From assembly GCF_006345805.1 (NCBI RefSeq), contig NC_043013.1, positions 39,928,001 through 39,992,000 of the forward strand: DNA of 64,000 nucleotides, given 5' to 3'. Positions 40,540 through 54,749 of the stretch are shown one piece after another (within the stretch, counting starts at the first letter, position 1; every line of letters begins with the position of its first letter). The notes beneath the pieces were generated by a model. That model was not told where the DNA came from, ran no database searches, and saw only the letters and a program-made list of their open reading frames with translations. Source of the DNA: Octopus sinensis (taxonomy: Eukaryota). The translations under genes and the position numbers were made by a program.

Positions 40540-41700
40540 GCGGCAAGCTGGCAGAATCACAACCACGCCAGCCGGACAAAATGCTTAGCAGTATTTCATC
40601 CGTCTTTATGCTCTGAGTTCAAATGCCACCGAGGTCGACTTTGCTTTCTCCCTTTCGAGATCGATGAAATAACTACCAGTTGAGTAATCGTCTGACCCTA
40701 CTCCCGCAAAATTTTAGGTCCTTTGCCTAAAATTGAAAGGATGTTTTTCTGAAGGAAAGGTGCCAACATGAGATGATCCAGCTTGGCACTAGTGTTGTTG
40801 CATACGTTGCTGTGGGGATGTAAACAGCCATAACAGATGCCACAGGGTATTTCACCCGACCCTTTAACAGTTCTGTCAATCCACTGGTTCCAAAATGGAG
40901 TGGCCAAAAAGATGAAAGCCCATGACCTCGAAAATATGAAAGACAAAGTTGACCCTTGCGGAATTTGTTGAGGGTGAAAACAGATACCACTTCTAATACT
41001 TCTAATCCAATGTTCTTACTTTTCCTCCAATCTATTACCTTGGACTGATGTAGTTTTATCGGCCTCGGAAGGATGAAAAACAAAGTTGACCTCGGTGAAA
41101 TTTGAACTCAAAGCATCGAGAGTGGAAACAAATATCAAAAGGCATCTCGCTTGACTCTGTAACAGTTCCACCAATTCACCGCCTCGGACTGGTTCTTTTT
41201 AATGACCACAAAAGGATAAAGTGTAAAGATGGCCTCGGCAGAATTTGAGCCCAGCGCGCCGAGAGAGGGACCTAATACCACAAGGTTACGAAGCCAATGT
41301 TCTTACGGTTTCACCAATCCGCCAACCTGGATCGATGCGTTTTTACAGGTCCCGAAATTGTAAAAGTCAAAGCTGGCCTCTGAAGAATTTGAACTCAGAG
41401 GGCAGTGATCTGGAACAAATATCGCGTAACTTTCTATCCAACGATTTAACAACTCAGTGAATTTACCGATATCGGCAGAATGATTTCAATATTTAAGAGT
41501 GGAGTGCAGTATAGTTGATTATATCAACCTTCAAGTGTGACTTTTACTTTATTCGAACCCAGAATAATGAAAAGAAAGGTTGACTTAAGCGAGACTTAGA
41601 CACACAACATTAAGAGACGTAATTAAATACCACAAAGCATTTCGTATGACAATCTACCGATTCTGCTAATGTACGCTCTTATAAAAATGTCACTAATAAC
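40540..41700. mobile_element. Cluster of degenerate SINE family B copies (one + at 40540-40740, several - from 40900)
   Basis: Repeated aaagttgacctcgg...gaatttgaactcag blocks. Confidence 0.7.
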
Positions 41701-42188
41701 AAACCTAACCTTGATGAGACGAAAGAGGAAATATAATCGATTAATCGATTTCTTTCTTCTATTGATTTCTCTGTCTTAATCAACTCCGGGGATGATAAAA
41801 AAAAGCAAATTATCGACTTAGTGTGTATTTGAACCCCAGAACAATGAGATAACCAACTCCGAAAGTCTATTTTAACGCACTACCAACTCTACTGCTCAAT
41901 TTTCATCCCCCTTTTTTATCTTCATTTTATTTTTCATTTATTTCTTTTATTTTGTTAGGCCCTTATTTTTTAAGGGAGTGAGGCGTAGTTGATCAAATAA
42001 ACAAGGGTATGACAGGTCTGTATTTTGTGGACTTTTGTAGGATCCAAAATTACATAATGCGCGCCAGTAATATATGTACCGGTGTTATTCATAGCGGAAG
42101 GCGAACTCGCGACGTGTAAACAGAATGGTCTTTTAGATGACTGCACAGAATGACTTATTTTAGTTCAGAGTTGTAATGTCTCTGCTAG

Positions 42189-42716
42189 GAACCCAAATAA
42201 AGCAACACAACCACGGGGACCCAAATAAAGCAGCACAACCACGGGAACCCAAATAAAGCAACACAACCACGGGGACCCAAATAAAGCAACACAACCACGG
42301 GGACCCAAATAAAGCAACATAACCACGGGGACCCAAATAAAGCAACATAACCACGGGGACCCAAATAAAGCAACACAACCACGGGGACCCAAATAAAGCA
42401 GCACAACCACGGGGACCCAAATAAAGCAACACAACCACGGGGACCCAAATAAAGCAACACAACCACGGGGACCCAAATAAAGCAACATAACCACGGGGAC
42501 CCAAATAAAGCAACATAACCACGGGGACCCAAATAAAGCAACACAACCACGGGGACCCAAATAAAGCAACATAACCACGGGGACCCAAATAAAGCAACAC
42601 AACCACGGGGACCCAAATAAAGCAACACAACCACGGGGACCCAAATAAAGCAACACAACCACGGGGACCCAAATAAAGCAACATAACCACGGGAACCTAA
42701 ATAAAGCAACATAACC
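42189..42716 (+). repeat. 28-bp minisatellite (cacaaccacggggacccaaataaagcaa) x about 19
   Basis: Contiguous units with only C/T and A/G variants; no spacers. Confidence 0.97.
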
Positions 42717-42855
42717 ACCACCACCACCATAACAACAACAACACAACGGCAACAACAACTAATACTACTTCTGCAATAACGAATAATGTTAGAGCAACAA
42801 AAACAACAACAATGCCGCTTATGGTAACAATAGTTATAACATAATTAACGATATA

Positions 42856-43043
42856 GGCGCAGGAGTGGCTGTGTGGTAAGTAGCTTGCTTACCAACTACA
42901 TGGTTCCGGGTTCAGTCCCACTGCGGGACACTTTGGGCAAGTGTCTTCTACTATAGCCTCGGGCCGACCAAAGCCTTGTGAGTGGATTTGGTAGACGGAA
43001 ACTGAAAGAAGCCCGTCGTATATATGTATATATATGTGTGTGT

Positions 43044-43092
<49 letters not shown>

Positions 43093-43321
43093 TGTGTTTG
43101 TGTGTCTGTGTGTGTCCCCCCACCACCACCAACATCGAACATCGCTTGACAACTGATGCTGGTGTGTTTACGTCCTCGTAACTTTGCGGTTCGGCATAAA
43201 AGACCGATAGAATAAGTACTAGGCTTACAAAGAATAAGTCCTGGGGTCGATTTGCTCGACTAAAGGCGGTGCTCCAGCATGGCCGCAGTCAAATGACTGA
43301 AACAAGTAAAAGAGTAAAGAG
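42856..43321 (+). mobile_element. SINE family A reference-like copy (tRNA head, CORE-like ttgggcaagtgtcttctactatagcc, internal (TA)/(TG)n, 3' tail)
   Basis: ggcgcaggagtggctgtgtggtaag...ggttcagtccc head; at least 10 related copies in the window. Confidence 0.9.
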
Positions 43322-43489
43322 TATATACATACATACATACATACATATATATATATATACAATGGGCTTCTAACAGAAACAATAATAATATTGGAAATTA
43401 TAACAACAACAGCGCTACCTACAACGATAATAGTACTTACAACAACAACAATAACAACGACGACGACAAAAGGAACTCTAGTAGTCCTT

Positions 43490-44562
<1,073 letters not shown>

Positions 44563-44769
44563 AGCAATTTTTTAAAAACAGAAACAATTTTAATATCACC
44601 ATTAAATACTAAACCAAAAACAGCAATAAAAATGCAACAACAGCAACAACAACAACAAAAGTAGCATCGATATTAACAATATCAATAATAACAGCAGAAT
44701 CAACAACAATAACAACAACAGCAACATTAATTACAGAGACAACGATAACGGCAACATCAATATTATCAA

Positions 44770-45600
44770 CAAACGGCCAGAGAGAGAACTTCTAGGGGGT
44801 CAGTCGATGTGCTAAAAATAGCAACCAAATCGCTTATCAAATTGTGCACCATTCCCTTCCTCAACAAGTATAAAGGGGGAGATACTTGGGGATAATGTGA
44901 CCAAGCACCCGAAGAAAATAGAGGAGATTGTCACGGTTGGAACGACTCTTATCATGGATTTTCTCATTTAAAACTGACGTGGAGCCAAACAACAACAACA
45001 GTAATAACTGATTCCAGCGACAACGATGACAGCAACATCAACATCATGAAACGATCCGAAAGAGAACCTTTTGGGAGTCAGTCGATGTGCTAAAAATAGC
45101 AACCAAATCGCTTATCTAATTGTGCACCCTTCCCTGCCCCAACCAAACTGAAGAGAAAGATATTGTGAGATAATGCGACCGAGCGCCTGGAGAAAAAAGA
45201 GGTGATTGTCACGGTTGGAACGTCTCTGATCACAGGTTTTCTCATTTAGAACTCGTGTGGAGCCAAACAACAACCGTCGCAACACCAGAAACAACAATAC
45301 CATTTCACCCAACACCAATGCCAAGTCTAAACACAGCAACAGTTACAGACCCGAGTCCAGCATGCCCACCTCTGCTGAACCTATCGAAGGTAACTTTATG
45401 CGCCCCGTCCTCTCTCCATCTACTAGAAATAACAGCCAAATCGACACACTAGAGCCATAGGCTGAAAGAAGGACGGCACACATTAGATGCACTGACTGAA
45501 TGGAAGATGTAATGGCCATGGCTGGCGTGTCTGTGATCAATGGGTGTATTTACTCAGAACTCACCTGTAAACAACAAGGTCAACAACAATATAATAATAA
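44770..45600 (+). mobile_element. Three tandem copies of a (CAA)n-tailed retroposon 3' end (family C)
   Basis: gctaaaaatagcaaccaaatc ... gtcacggttggaacg...gatca...gccaaacaacaac at 44810 and 45085 and, diverged, at 45424; related pieces at 39250-39320 (-) and 39990-40195. Confidence 0.65.
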
Positions 45601-45918
45601 CAGCAACAACGACAACAACAACATCAACGACGACAGAATGAACCGTGTGTCGTGGGTCAGGTTGCCACAATCGCATCTCATCACAATGTACTATGTCTAC
45701 TAAACCAGTACAATGTCAAAGTCCTCAAAGTCCTCATCGAAGTCCTCAAGTAGATGAACCCCCCATTATAACTGTTGCACTGGAACTGCAGACATGACTA
45801 TCATCGAGGTCTGTTCCCCTAAGGAAGCCCTCCTTTCAGCCGCTCATAAGATCTTTAATACAGCCACCAACACCGATGACAACAATAACCACAGCGGCAG
45901 TAAAAGATACAGCATTAG

Positions 45919-45976
<58 letters not shown>

Positions 45977-46143
45977 CATACATATATATACATACATACA
46001 TATATACATATATATATACATACATACACACACATATATATATATATGATATATATATATATATATATAATATAATATATATAATATATATATGTATATT
46101 TTATATATATATATGATATATATAATATATAATATAATATATA

Positions 46144-46201
<58 letters not shown>

Positions 46202-46475
46202 ATATAAGTCATTATTAGTATATAGTGTCAGTAATGAGGAGTGTATTGTATAGTAAAGTACTGTGATTGGTATGGTGCAGTATAAATAAGATATAACATA
46301 GTAATAATTATGATATGGTATAATGAAGTACAGTGGGAAAAGAGTTTGAAGAAACTTACCATTGATATGTGCTGTGGTTGATAATTTTCCCGAATTCTCC
46401 ATGGGTAATTTCTTCTTTAGAGGCATTTTGGTCTTTTAGATAGTTGGATAGACAGGTAGTGAGGGTGAACGAATA

Positions 46476-46585
<110 letters not shown>

Positions 46586-47758
46586 GTGAAAAGTGGATTG
46601 ATTGATGTGTGGATAATGGATAGATAGAAAGAGCTGGAGCGAACACAAGCACCCCTTTACATCCAAACTCCTGTCTATCTGTCTGCCCGTCTATCCGATC
46701 GGGGTATATTTTAGTCCAAAAGCCAATTTAATTGGCAGTCTTTCTTGATGAAGTTAAAATTCCGTCCTTTTGGAAATGTCTGAATCAATTCTCCACAATT
46801 GAATGAAAGGTAAATTTAACTGCAGTTAAATTAATTAAGCCATAAAACAGCAATCTTCCCTTCATGAAACTTCAAACCAAATTACTAATTACGGACGATA
46901 GAAGTTCCTTTCTATAATATTATCGAGAAAATTCTATTCCACTTTTATTTTAGCGAGTTTTCTTTCATTGAAAACTTTTGATTGTTAGTTTTCCCCTTTT
47001 TTGATAATTTATAATAAATACTTGCTTTTTCTTTCTTTATTTTATTTTCTATTTTTTTGTTCAGTTTTTTTCTTCTAATTTATAATTTCTTGTTCTGTAA
47101 TTCCTTCAAATATCTTCAGGCTACCGATACTTCATTTACAAATTATCTTTGTTGTTTTAAGGTTGAAAAAAATATTAATTTCATTGATATTTTTCTTCTC
47201 CTGCTTCCTCTCTGTAATCCTGGAAATATAGATTTATTATATATATCTGTGATATTCTCGTTTTTCATATTTAAAGTTCATATATTCTTTTCTTTCATAC
47301 ATGACATGTATATATATATATATATATATATCTTTTTTGTTTTTTTTTTCGTTTTTATTCATATGATAATGTTCGTTTTTACATCTTCCCTTTCAGATAG
47401 AATATTCTTTTAACAAAACACTATAACAATTTTTATATCATAGTATTTGATTCAATATAATAGTATCTTATAGAATCTCTACAGACGACGCTGTTTATTT
47501 CCTTAGCTTTACATCTTCAGATTATTATCGTTGTTGTTATTGTTGTTGCTGTTACTGCTGTTGCTGCTGATATGCTGCTGCTGCTGTTGCTGTTCTTGTT
47601 TAGTTCTTTCTCTCCTTCCGGAAAAGCAATACAAACCCTTTTCTATAGACTATCAGTTATAATGCAGGTGAATAAAGTCAATGTATTTTATATACAAGCA
47701 TTCATTAACTTTTGACTGATGGCTCTGTATATATATTTATGTGCATGTGCGTGTGTGC

Positions 47759-47795
<37 letters not shown>

Positions 47796-48757
47796 TGCAC
47801 GCTCAGAGGCAGATATGAGAGAGATATATGCGTGTATGTATGTGTGTGTGTGAGTGTGTGTGTGTTTAGGAATTACTTACTTCTCTATGTGTATTCCCCT
47901 TAATTGAGGATATTTCATGACTTCAGCACTATTAAAAAATTACTACTAATATTGAGGCAATATTAGTAATTATTGTTGTTTTGTTGTTGATGCTGTTGCT
48001 GTTGTTGCTGCTGCTGCCGTCGTGGTGTTAGCCGTTTTGGCATCAAAGTTAAAAAGTCAATCTCCATCAGCCATTATTGAGCCAAATCCTAAGGAAGTTT
48101 TCAAGTATATTGCCAAATTATTTTTCTGGTTTTGTTTTCCGTCTATTTCATTTAACATCATATATGACATTCCCTATATTATGCTTTTACATTATATTGA
48201 AGCATATATATATATATTATATTATATTATATTATATTATATTATATTATATTATATTATATTATATTATATATGATATTTTAGTTAGAGGTAAAGGTAT
48301 GAAGACGAAAATGTGATAAAAGATTCAATGCATATACGCCTATTCCAAACATCATCCTATGTAGAAAAAGAATATGTACATGTATATATGCGTCTATGTA
48401 TATTCATAACATATCTTCTGAGAGTAACTCTTGCGATATCTATGATATATATTTTTTCGGAATAGATATCCGAAAAATCTTTTCGTTACTACAACTGTAG
48501 CGTTCGCTTACTTTCTCTCTCTCTCTCTCTCTCATTTCTCTCTCGCTCTCTCGCTCTCTCGCTCTCTCGCTCGCCTCTTCTTCTACTGCCAGAGTTGAGA
48601 TTCTTCAAAGAAGCAATCAGCGAATCGGCTGCAGAGCTACATCAACATTCAATGTTGCATTACTGCCTGACTGCCTGCCTGACTGACGGCCTTAGTATTT
48701 CACTGTTAGACTGTCGGTCTGTTTGCCTGACTGTCTGACAGGGTGGGTGCCTAGCTT

Positions 48758-48790
<33 letters not shown>

Positions 48791-49098
48791 TTGGCTACAG
48801 GTTTTTTCCTCTTACTCTTCCCGTTCCCCTTCTTCCTCCTCCCTCCTCCCCCAATATCATATTCAGTTACTTTAAGTAATACTAAGTGGTCGTTGTGGAA
48901 ATGGTGACGATGGTATCAGCGGTGGTGCTAGTGGTGGTCTATTCTAAGAAACTAATACCAATTCCTGACTTTAATTTCTCCAACATTGCATTTTCCAATT
49001 ACGTGGCACTTCAGACAAGAGTCTTCTACAATAGACCCGGAGTGACCAAACCCTTCTGAGTGAATTTGTTTAAAGTAAACTGATAGAAGCCCATTGTA

Positions 49099-49134
<36 letters not shown>

Positions 49135-49179
49135 TGTATGTATGTATGTATGTATGCATGTATGTATGTATATACTCTT

Positions 49180-49873
49180 TACTATTTTACTCTTTTATTT
49201 GTTTCAGTCATTTGACTGTGGCCTTGCTGGAGCACCGCCTTTAGTCGAGCAAATCGCTCCCAGGACTTATTCTTTGTAAGCATAATACTTATTCTATCGG
49301 TCTCTTTTGCCGAACCACAAAGTTACGGGGACGTAAACACTCCAGCGTCGGTTATATATATATATGTGTGTGTGTGTATGTGTGTGTGTATGTGTGTGTG
49401 AGTGTGTGTATGTTTGTATGTATGTATGTGTATGTATGTATGTATGTGTATGTATGTATGTATGTATGTATGTATGTATGTATTATGTATGTATCTATGT
49501 ATGTATGTATGTGTATGTATGTATGTATGTATGTGTATGTATGTATGTATGTATGTATGTATGTATGTATTATGTATGTATGTATGTATGTATGTATGTA
49601 TGTATTATGTATGTATGTATGTATGTATGTATGTATGTATTCGTTTATTCTTTTATTTATTTAAGTCGTTTGGCTACAGCCATGCTGGGGCACCTCCTTG
49701 AAGGATTATGGTCACAAAAATCGATCCCAAGATTTTTTTTTTGAAGCCTAGTACTTACTCTATCAATTCCTTTTGCTGAACTGCTAACTTACGGGGACGT
49801 AAACACACCAACACCGGTTGTCAAGCAGTGATGGGGCGACAAACACAGACACACACGCATACATTAATACATG

Positions 49874-49938
<65 letters not shown>

Positions 49939-50100
49939 GTATATATGTATATATCTATACGATGAGATTCTTTCAGTTTCCGCCTACCAAATCCACTCAT
50001 CATTGTAGAAAACACCTACCCAAGGTGCCACGCAGTGGGACTGAATCGTGAACCATGCGGTTGGGTAGCAAGCATCTTACCGCACAGCCACACCCGCGCC
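49180..50100 (-). mobile_element. Two SINE family A copies separated by (TATG)n
   Basis: Tail at 49180-49350; tail-to-head copy at 49650-50100. Confidence 0.75.
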
Positions 50101-50107
50101 TACAAAG

Positions 50108-50141
<34 letters not shown>

Positions 50142-50339
50142 AGATAGACAGATAGATAGATAGATAGATGCATACATTCATATGCACATATATATATGTA
50201 TATATATATATATATATATATACATGTGTACATATGTATATATATATATATATATACATGTGTACATATGTAATATATATACATGTGTACATATGCATAT
50301 ATATATATACATATATATGTATATATGTATATATATATG

Positions 50340-50383
<44 letters not shown>

Positions 50384-51164
50384 CACGCGCGCGCACACAC
50401 CACACACACACACACACACCACACACACACACACGCATATTTACACGATGTTCAGTTTTAAGTTGATCCCTAGAACAGCCGCAGTCAAATGACCGAAACA
50501 ATGTGAGGTCCTTTATCTCTTATTTGTTGCAACCATGCTTTTTTTAAATCTTATTTTACTCTAGTACTTATTCTACTGATCTCTCTTGTCGATCGACTAA
50601 CTTACAGAGACGTAAGCACACCAAGGCCGGTTGCCAAGCTGTGCATATTGTTGCATATTTATATGCAGCGATTTATGCATTATTAGCTTGGTAGAAGTTG
50701 TAGAAAACAGCTTGGGTTGTTGAAAAACAGTTCATCGATAAACGCCATAGTTTACTACTACTACTACTACCAAGCTTAATTCAAACTAATAACGAATTAG
50801 AATTCCTCTTCGAATGATATCATATTTATACACCCTAGAGAGATCATACTAATAATGCATAAATCGCTGCTCATAAATATGCAACAATATGCAATTAGTG
50901 CGATCGAAACACGTGTCGGACAATTTTTATGAAGAAACCAACTGTAAATAAACAAAGTTTGAATGTCCAAATTCTTTATTCTCCTTATTATCAATAATTT
51001 ACACGCTAAATAGTCAAGATAAAAACTATAACATCGGACGGGAGTCAAAGGAAATTTACCATAAAACGCACCATCTGAGGGAACGAACGAGCCTTGGTAT
51101 TTTGCGTAGAGAAATTCGATATATGCCTGGATATTATATCCCTCCTCTTATATATATATGCATA

Positions 51165-51322
51165 TATGGGTACAGGACATCACTAACAGTAAACAACATG
51201 AAATACGAAAACAAACGAGTTCAATGCGCAAACAACGAGAGAAACAAATGGAAAAAGGAAAAATAACATAAAGAACGACTCTTCATCAGTAGTCGGCTGT
51301 CTATCTACTCCTCATTCCGAGC

Positions 51323-51325
<3 letters not shown>
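51165..51325 (-). mobile_element. Penelope-like terminal fragment (family P1); shorter copy at 54425-54500
   Basis: gggtacaggacatcac...tcttcatcagtagtcggctgtctatctactcc, flanked by (TA)n. Confidence 0.5.
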
Positions 51326-51382
<57 letters not shown>

Positions 51383-51444
51383 GTAGATAAACTTAGATAT
51401 GTTTCGACCAAAGATTGGTCCAGGCCATGTCTAACTGAATAGCA

Positions 51445-51735
51445 CTAAATCCTGTTTAAGTCAAGTTTTGTTTATGGTCCATTCAAGTAGTGGGTTCTTG
51501 TTGAGTGAGTTGTATCCAGGTAGGGGTCGCTTATCCGGAATTCCTTGAAGAAATCTGTCCAGACTCTGTTTAAAGTTGATGGGATCCTTTTCCTCTTTGA
51601 TCTCTTTCGGGACAATGTTAAACAAGCCAGGGCCTATTGAGGAAAAGAAATTATGTTGCAGTGTACCTATATGCTGCGATCCTGAATTGGGAAAGGGACG
51701 TATGGCCCGTGGTCCCAGCCTTGGATGAACCTTGA
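51445..51735 (-). mobile_element. CR1/L2-group LINE 3' fragment
   Basis: FKVHPRLGPRAIRP...NFFSSIGPGLFNIVPKEIKEEKDPINFKQSLDRFLQGIPDKRPLPGYNSLNKNPLLEW, typical post-RT C-terminus. Confidence 0.7.
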
Positions 51736-51740
51736 AACTA

Positions 51741-51831
<91 letters not shown>

Positions 51832-52160
51832 TGAAGTTTTATTGACAGAAAAAACCTTCATCAAAAACTGGCAGCATATTAAACTACCTTTAAAGGTTAA
51901 AATTATAAACAACTTATAAACAAGGGCAAAAGAAAATTATTTCCATGCCAATATGCTGATAACAGACTTTTAAATCGTCAATTTCCACATATTATTATAT
52001 ACCCACTACAGAAATACGTTGTGCTGAAATCGAGGAAAGCCAGTCAACAGAATTTTTTTTTAAAGTTCGTAATTTCTATATTGAATCAATTTCGGAATTA
52101 ATCTCATAGATTTTTTCCTCTTCAGTAGAAAATACGATAAGAAATAAATGAAATACTTAC

Positions 52161-52256
52161 ATATGCCCATGGAAAAAAGCCGAAGCAAAACTCATGAGTA
52201 CATATAAGTACCCCAGATATATCCAAATATAACCAACTTATAGTAATTACCAGTCC
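52161..52256 (-). other. Candidate internal coding exon (unconfirmed)
   Basis: tatag|GGA...TAT|gtaagt, 96 nt, only phase 0 open: GLVITISWLYLDISGVLICTHEFCFGFFPWAY; no homology recognised. Confidence 0.2.
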
Positions 52257-52307
52257 CTATAGCGAATAGTAATAAATCTACTACTAATATATGATAAGTT
52301 GTTATAA

Positions 52308-52384
<77 letters not shown>

Positions 52385-52733
52385 GTAGTATGTATGTATG
52401 AGACAAGGCATTAATTTTGGTCATTGCAAACTTCTTTGCAATGAAGCAATATATAATGCTCATTGTTTATACTTTTTATATTGGTCTATGAAAAGGATAA
52501 GTACAACTGGGAATGCAACCATGGATTTACAGTTTAGTATAGTCAGGAACTATAACCTCGGATCCTGCCACAAGAATACGCAAAAAAATTTTTACTAATC
52601 TAAAAATATCATGAGCTGGTGTATTGACAGAGAACTTCTAAAATATTTTGTCCCGATTCATAATCACTTATTAATACTATATAGATATATATTCATGCGT
52701 GTGTGTGTGTCTTTGTGTATGCGCGCGCATTAT

Positions 52734-52813
<80 letters not shown>

Positions 52814-52952
52814 CTACTTCGGGATGATCATTTTATTTATTATTATTTTTTTTATTTTTTGCCAAATAAACACATGCACTATATTTTTTCTTCATTCGTT
52901 TATTACTGTCATTTTTATTATATTTATTATTTTGATGTCTGTCGATTGTTTG

Positions 52953-52992
52953 GAAATCTTTCGTCACACATCTGTGGCCTCGTCAGCGACAC
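52953..52992 (-). ncRNA. Degenerate minimal hammerhead motif in a Penelope-like repeat
   Basis: Minus strand gtgtcg-CTGACGA-g-GCCACA(gatg)TGTGAC-GAAA-GATTTC; one stem II mismatch. Confidence 0.45.
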
Positions 52993-53169
52993 TTTTCGTT
53001 TCTGTGTGTGTTCTTGCTCCTCTCCAATCTGTTCTTCTAAGACGTGTATCTTTATGTCTTTGTTTGTGTGTGTGGTGTGTGTGTGTGTGTGTTCGTGCGT
53101 GTGTGTGTCATAGTTTTCAGTAGCAGTGTGGCCTTACTCTCAGCTCCAGCCTCTCGCCCCCAACATCTC

Positions 53170-53462
53170 ACCACATTGTGCTGCTGCTGTCCTAAGACCC
53201 GGCAAAAAGGTACCTACCTAGGAGAGACTGCACGCAACATAGAAGAGCGTATAAATGATTTTTGGCGAGAGTTCAAAGAAGGGAAAAGCTCGTCATGCTC
53301 TACCAATATGCTCAGGCAGAACATGGAGGCTCGATTAATAGCATAGCGGTTAAAGTACTATCGACACATAGAACTGACACGACACTTAGACAGATTACAG
53401 AAGCTACACACATCACAGTAGACAGACCGAGCCTCAATAGAAAACATGAATGGAACAGTAGC
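53170..53462 (+). pseudogene. GIY-YIG endonuclease remnant of a Penelope-like element (frameshifted)
   Basis: GTYLGETARNIEERIND...GKSS / LYQYAQAEHGGSINSIAVKVLSTHRTDTTLRQITEATHITVDRPSLNRKHEW. Confidence 0.8.
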
Positions 53463-53776
53463 ACCCACCACCACACCACATGAATTAAGAAAGTAGGGAT
53501 GTGAAGAGAGAGGAAAGAATGAAGAAAAAACCGTAAATAATACACAGATACATACAGGTAATACACGCACAATAGACATATGCACCTACATGCGATACGT
53601 ATGAGAATAGAGATAGATGCATTAAAAAATAGATAAATAAATAAGTAAATAAATATATAGATAAATAAGCGAATATATAACTAAATCTGCCACATACCTG
53701 TGATAAATGTAAGACAGAGATAGATAAAATGAATAAAACTATATAAAGGGCATGGATTCATACGAAGCGAACCCAT

Positions 53777-54183
53777 ACACACACAAAAATACACACACAT
53801 GAAACGTTATAGACGGCCGTATGCTGTTACGACACAACTAACACGGTCAGCAGCGGTGCCGACGATGGCAATAACAACAACAATTACCCCGATGGCAACA
53901 CTGTGGACGAACACACATACGGGTCTTAGGACAGCAGCAGCACAATGGGGTGAGAGGTTGGGGCTGAGGGGAAGGTCACACTACTGCTAAAAACTATGAC
54001 ACACGCACATACACACACGCATACGTGTTATCGCCATACTAATATGTGTTCGTCCACAGTGTTGCCATCGGGGTAATTGTTGTTGTTATTGCCATCGTCG
54101 GCACCGCTGCTGACCGTGTTAGTTGTGTCGTAACAGCATACGGCCGTCTATAACGTTTCATGTGTGTGTATTTTTGTGTGTGT
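53777..54183. repeat. Perfect about 139-bp inverted repeat (53777-53915 / 54045-54183)
   Basis: Arms are exact reverse complements; both give the peptide MKRYRRPYAVTTQLTRSAAVPTMAITTTITPMATLWT in the ORF track. Confidence 0.95.
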
Positions 54184-54213
54184 TGATAAAGGGCAACAAC
54201 CCTGAAACATGTC
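54183..54213 (+). ncRNA. Minimal hammerhead motif with U3-A8 variant core
   Basis: TTGATAA-AGGG(caacaa)CCCT-GAAA-CATGT-C: palindromic stem III ACATGT, GUC site. Confidence 0.5.
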
Positions 54214-54588
54214 TGCAGATGTCTGACCAGCAAGGTGAAGCGGCTGACCTCCCCTGTTCGAAGGTTGTAATGGACGCAGGTTCGTGTGTCATATAGCTAG
54301 CTAGAGGCGATGGCCTCTTGGAGCTAATCAGCGACAGCTTTAGTCTTATATTTATGGACTGCCATATTAGTATGGGCTAATATATATATATATATTATAT
54401 ATATATATATATAATATATATATATATGGGTACAGGACGTCACCAACGGTGCAAACAACATGAAATACGTAAACAACGAAACCCAAAACTTTTTGTTGCA
54501 GCTTTTGCATTTTTTATCAGAGGTGGGCTTAACTTCAACACAGAAAACACGAGCAACGCAGGGGCCAACAACTAGTATGTATATATAT

Positions 54589-54645
<57 letters not shown>

Positions 54646-54749
54646 TATGTGTGTGTGTGTGTGTGTGGCGCCTATTTGGCGCTAAATTTCGAAACCGGTA
54701 CCAGGTATACCAGCATTTGCTTGTTCACTGATATTTTTTATTTTGTTTA

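Noticed and set aside
42160-42758. Three overlapping 176-197 aa Cys/Trp-rich ORFs; also a CRISPR-like appearance
   Set aside because: All derive from a 28-bp tandem repeat with no unique spacers and no cas genes; the identical peptide in three frames is arithmetic.
42856-42935. tRNA-like sequence (also 28088, 38385, 39565, 10900, 63660)
   Set aside because: No complete cloverleaf; each continues into a shared SINE body, so these are SINE heads rather than tRNA genes.
45255-45460. ORFs MEPNNNRRNTRNNN... and MWSQTTTVATPE...
   Set aside because: Begin in a (CAA)n tail and end inside a family C repeat copy.
50797-50942. Hydrophobic minus ORF with a good acceptor
   Set aside because: Overlaps the local inverted duplication and is not phase-compatible with the upstream microexon in its long frame.
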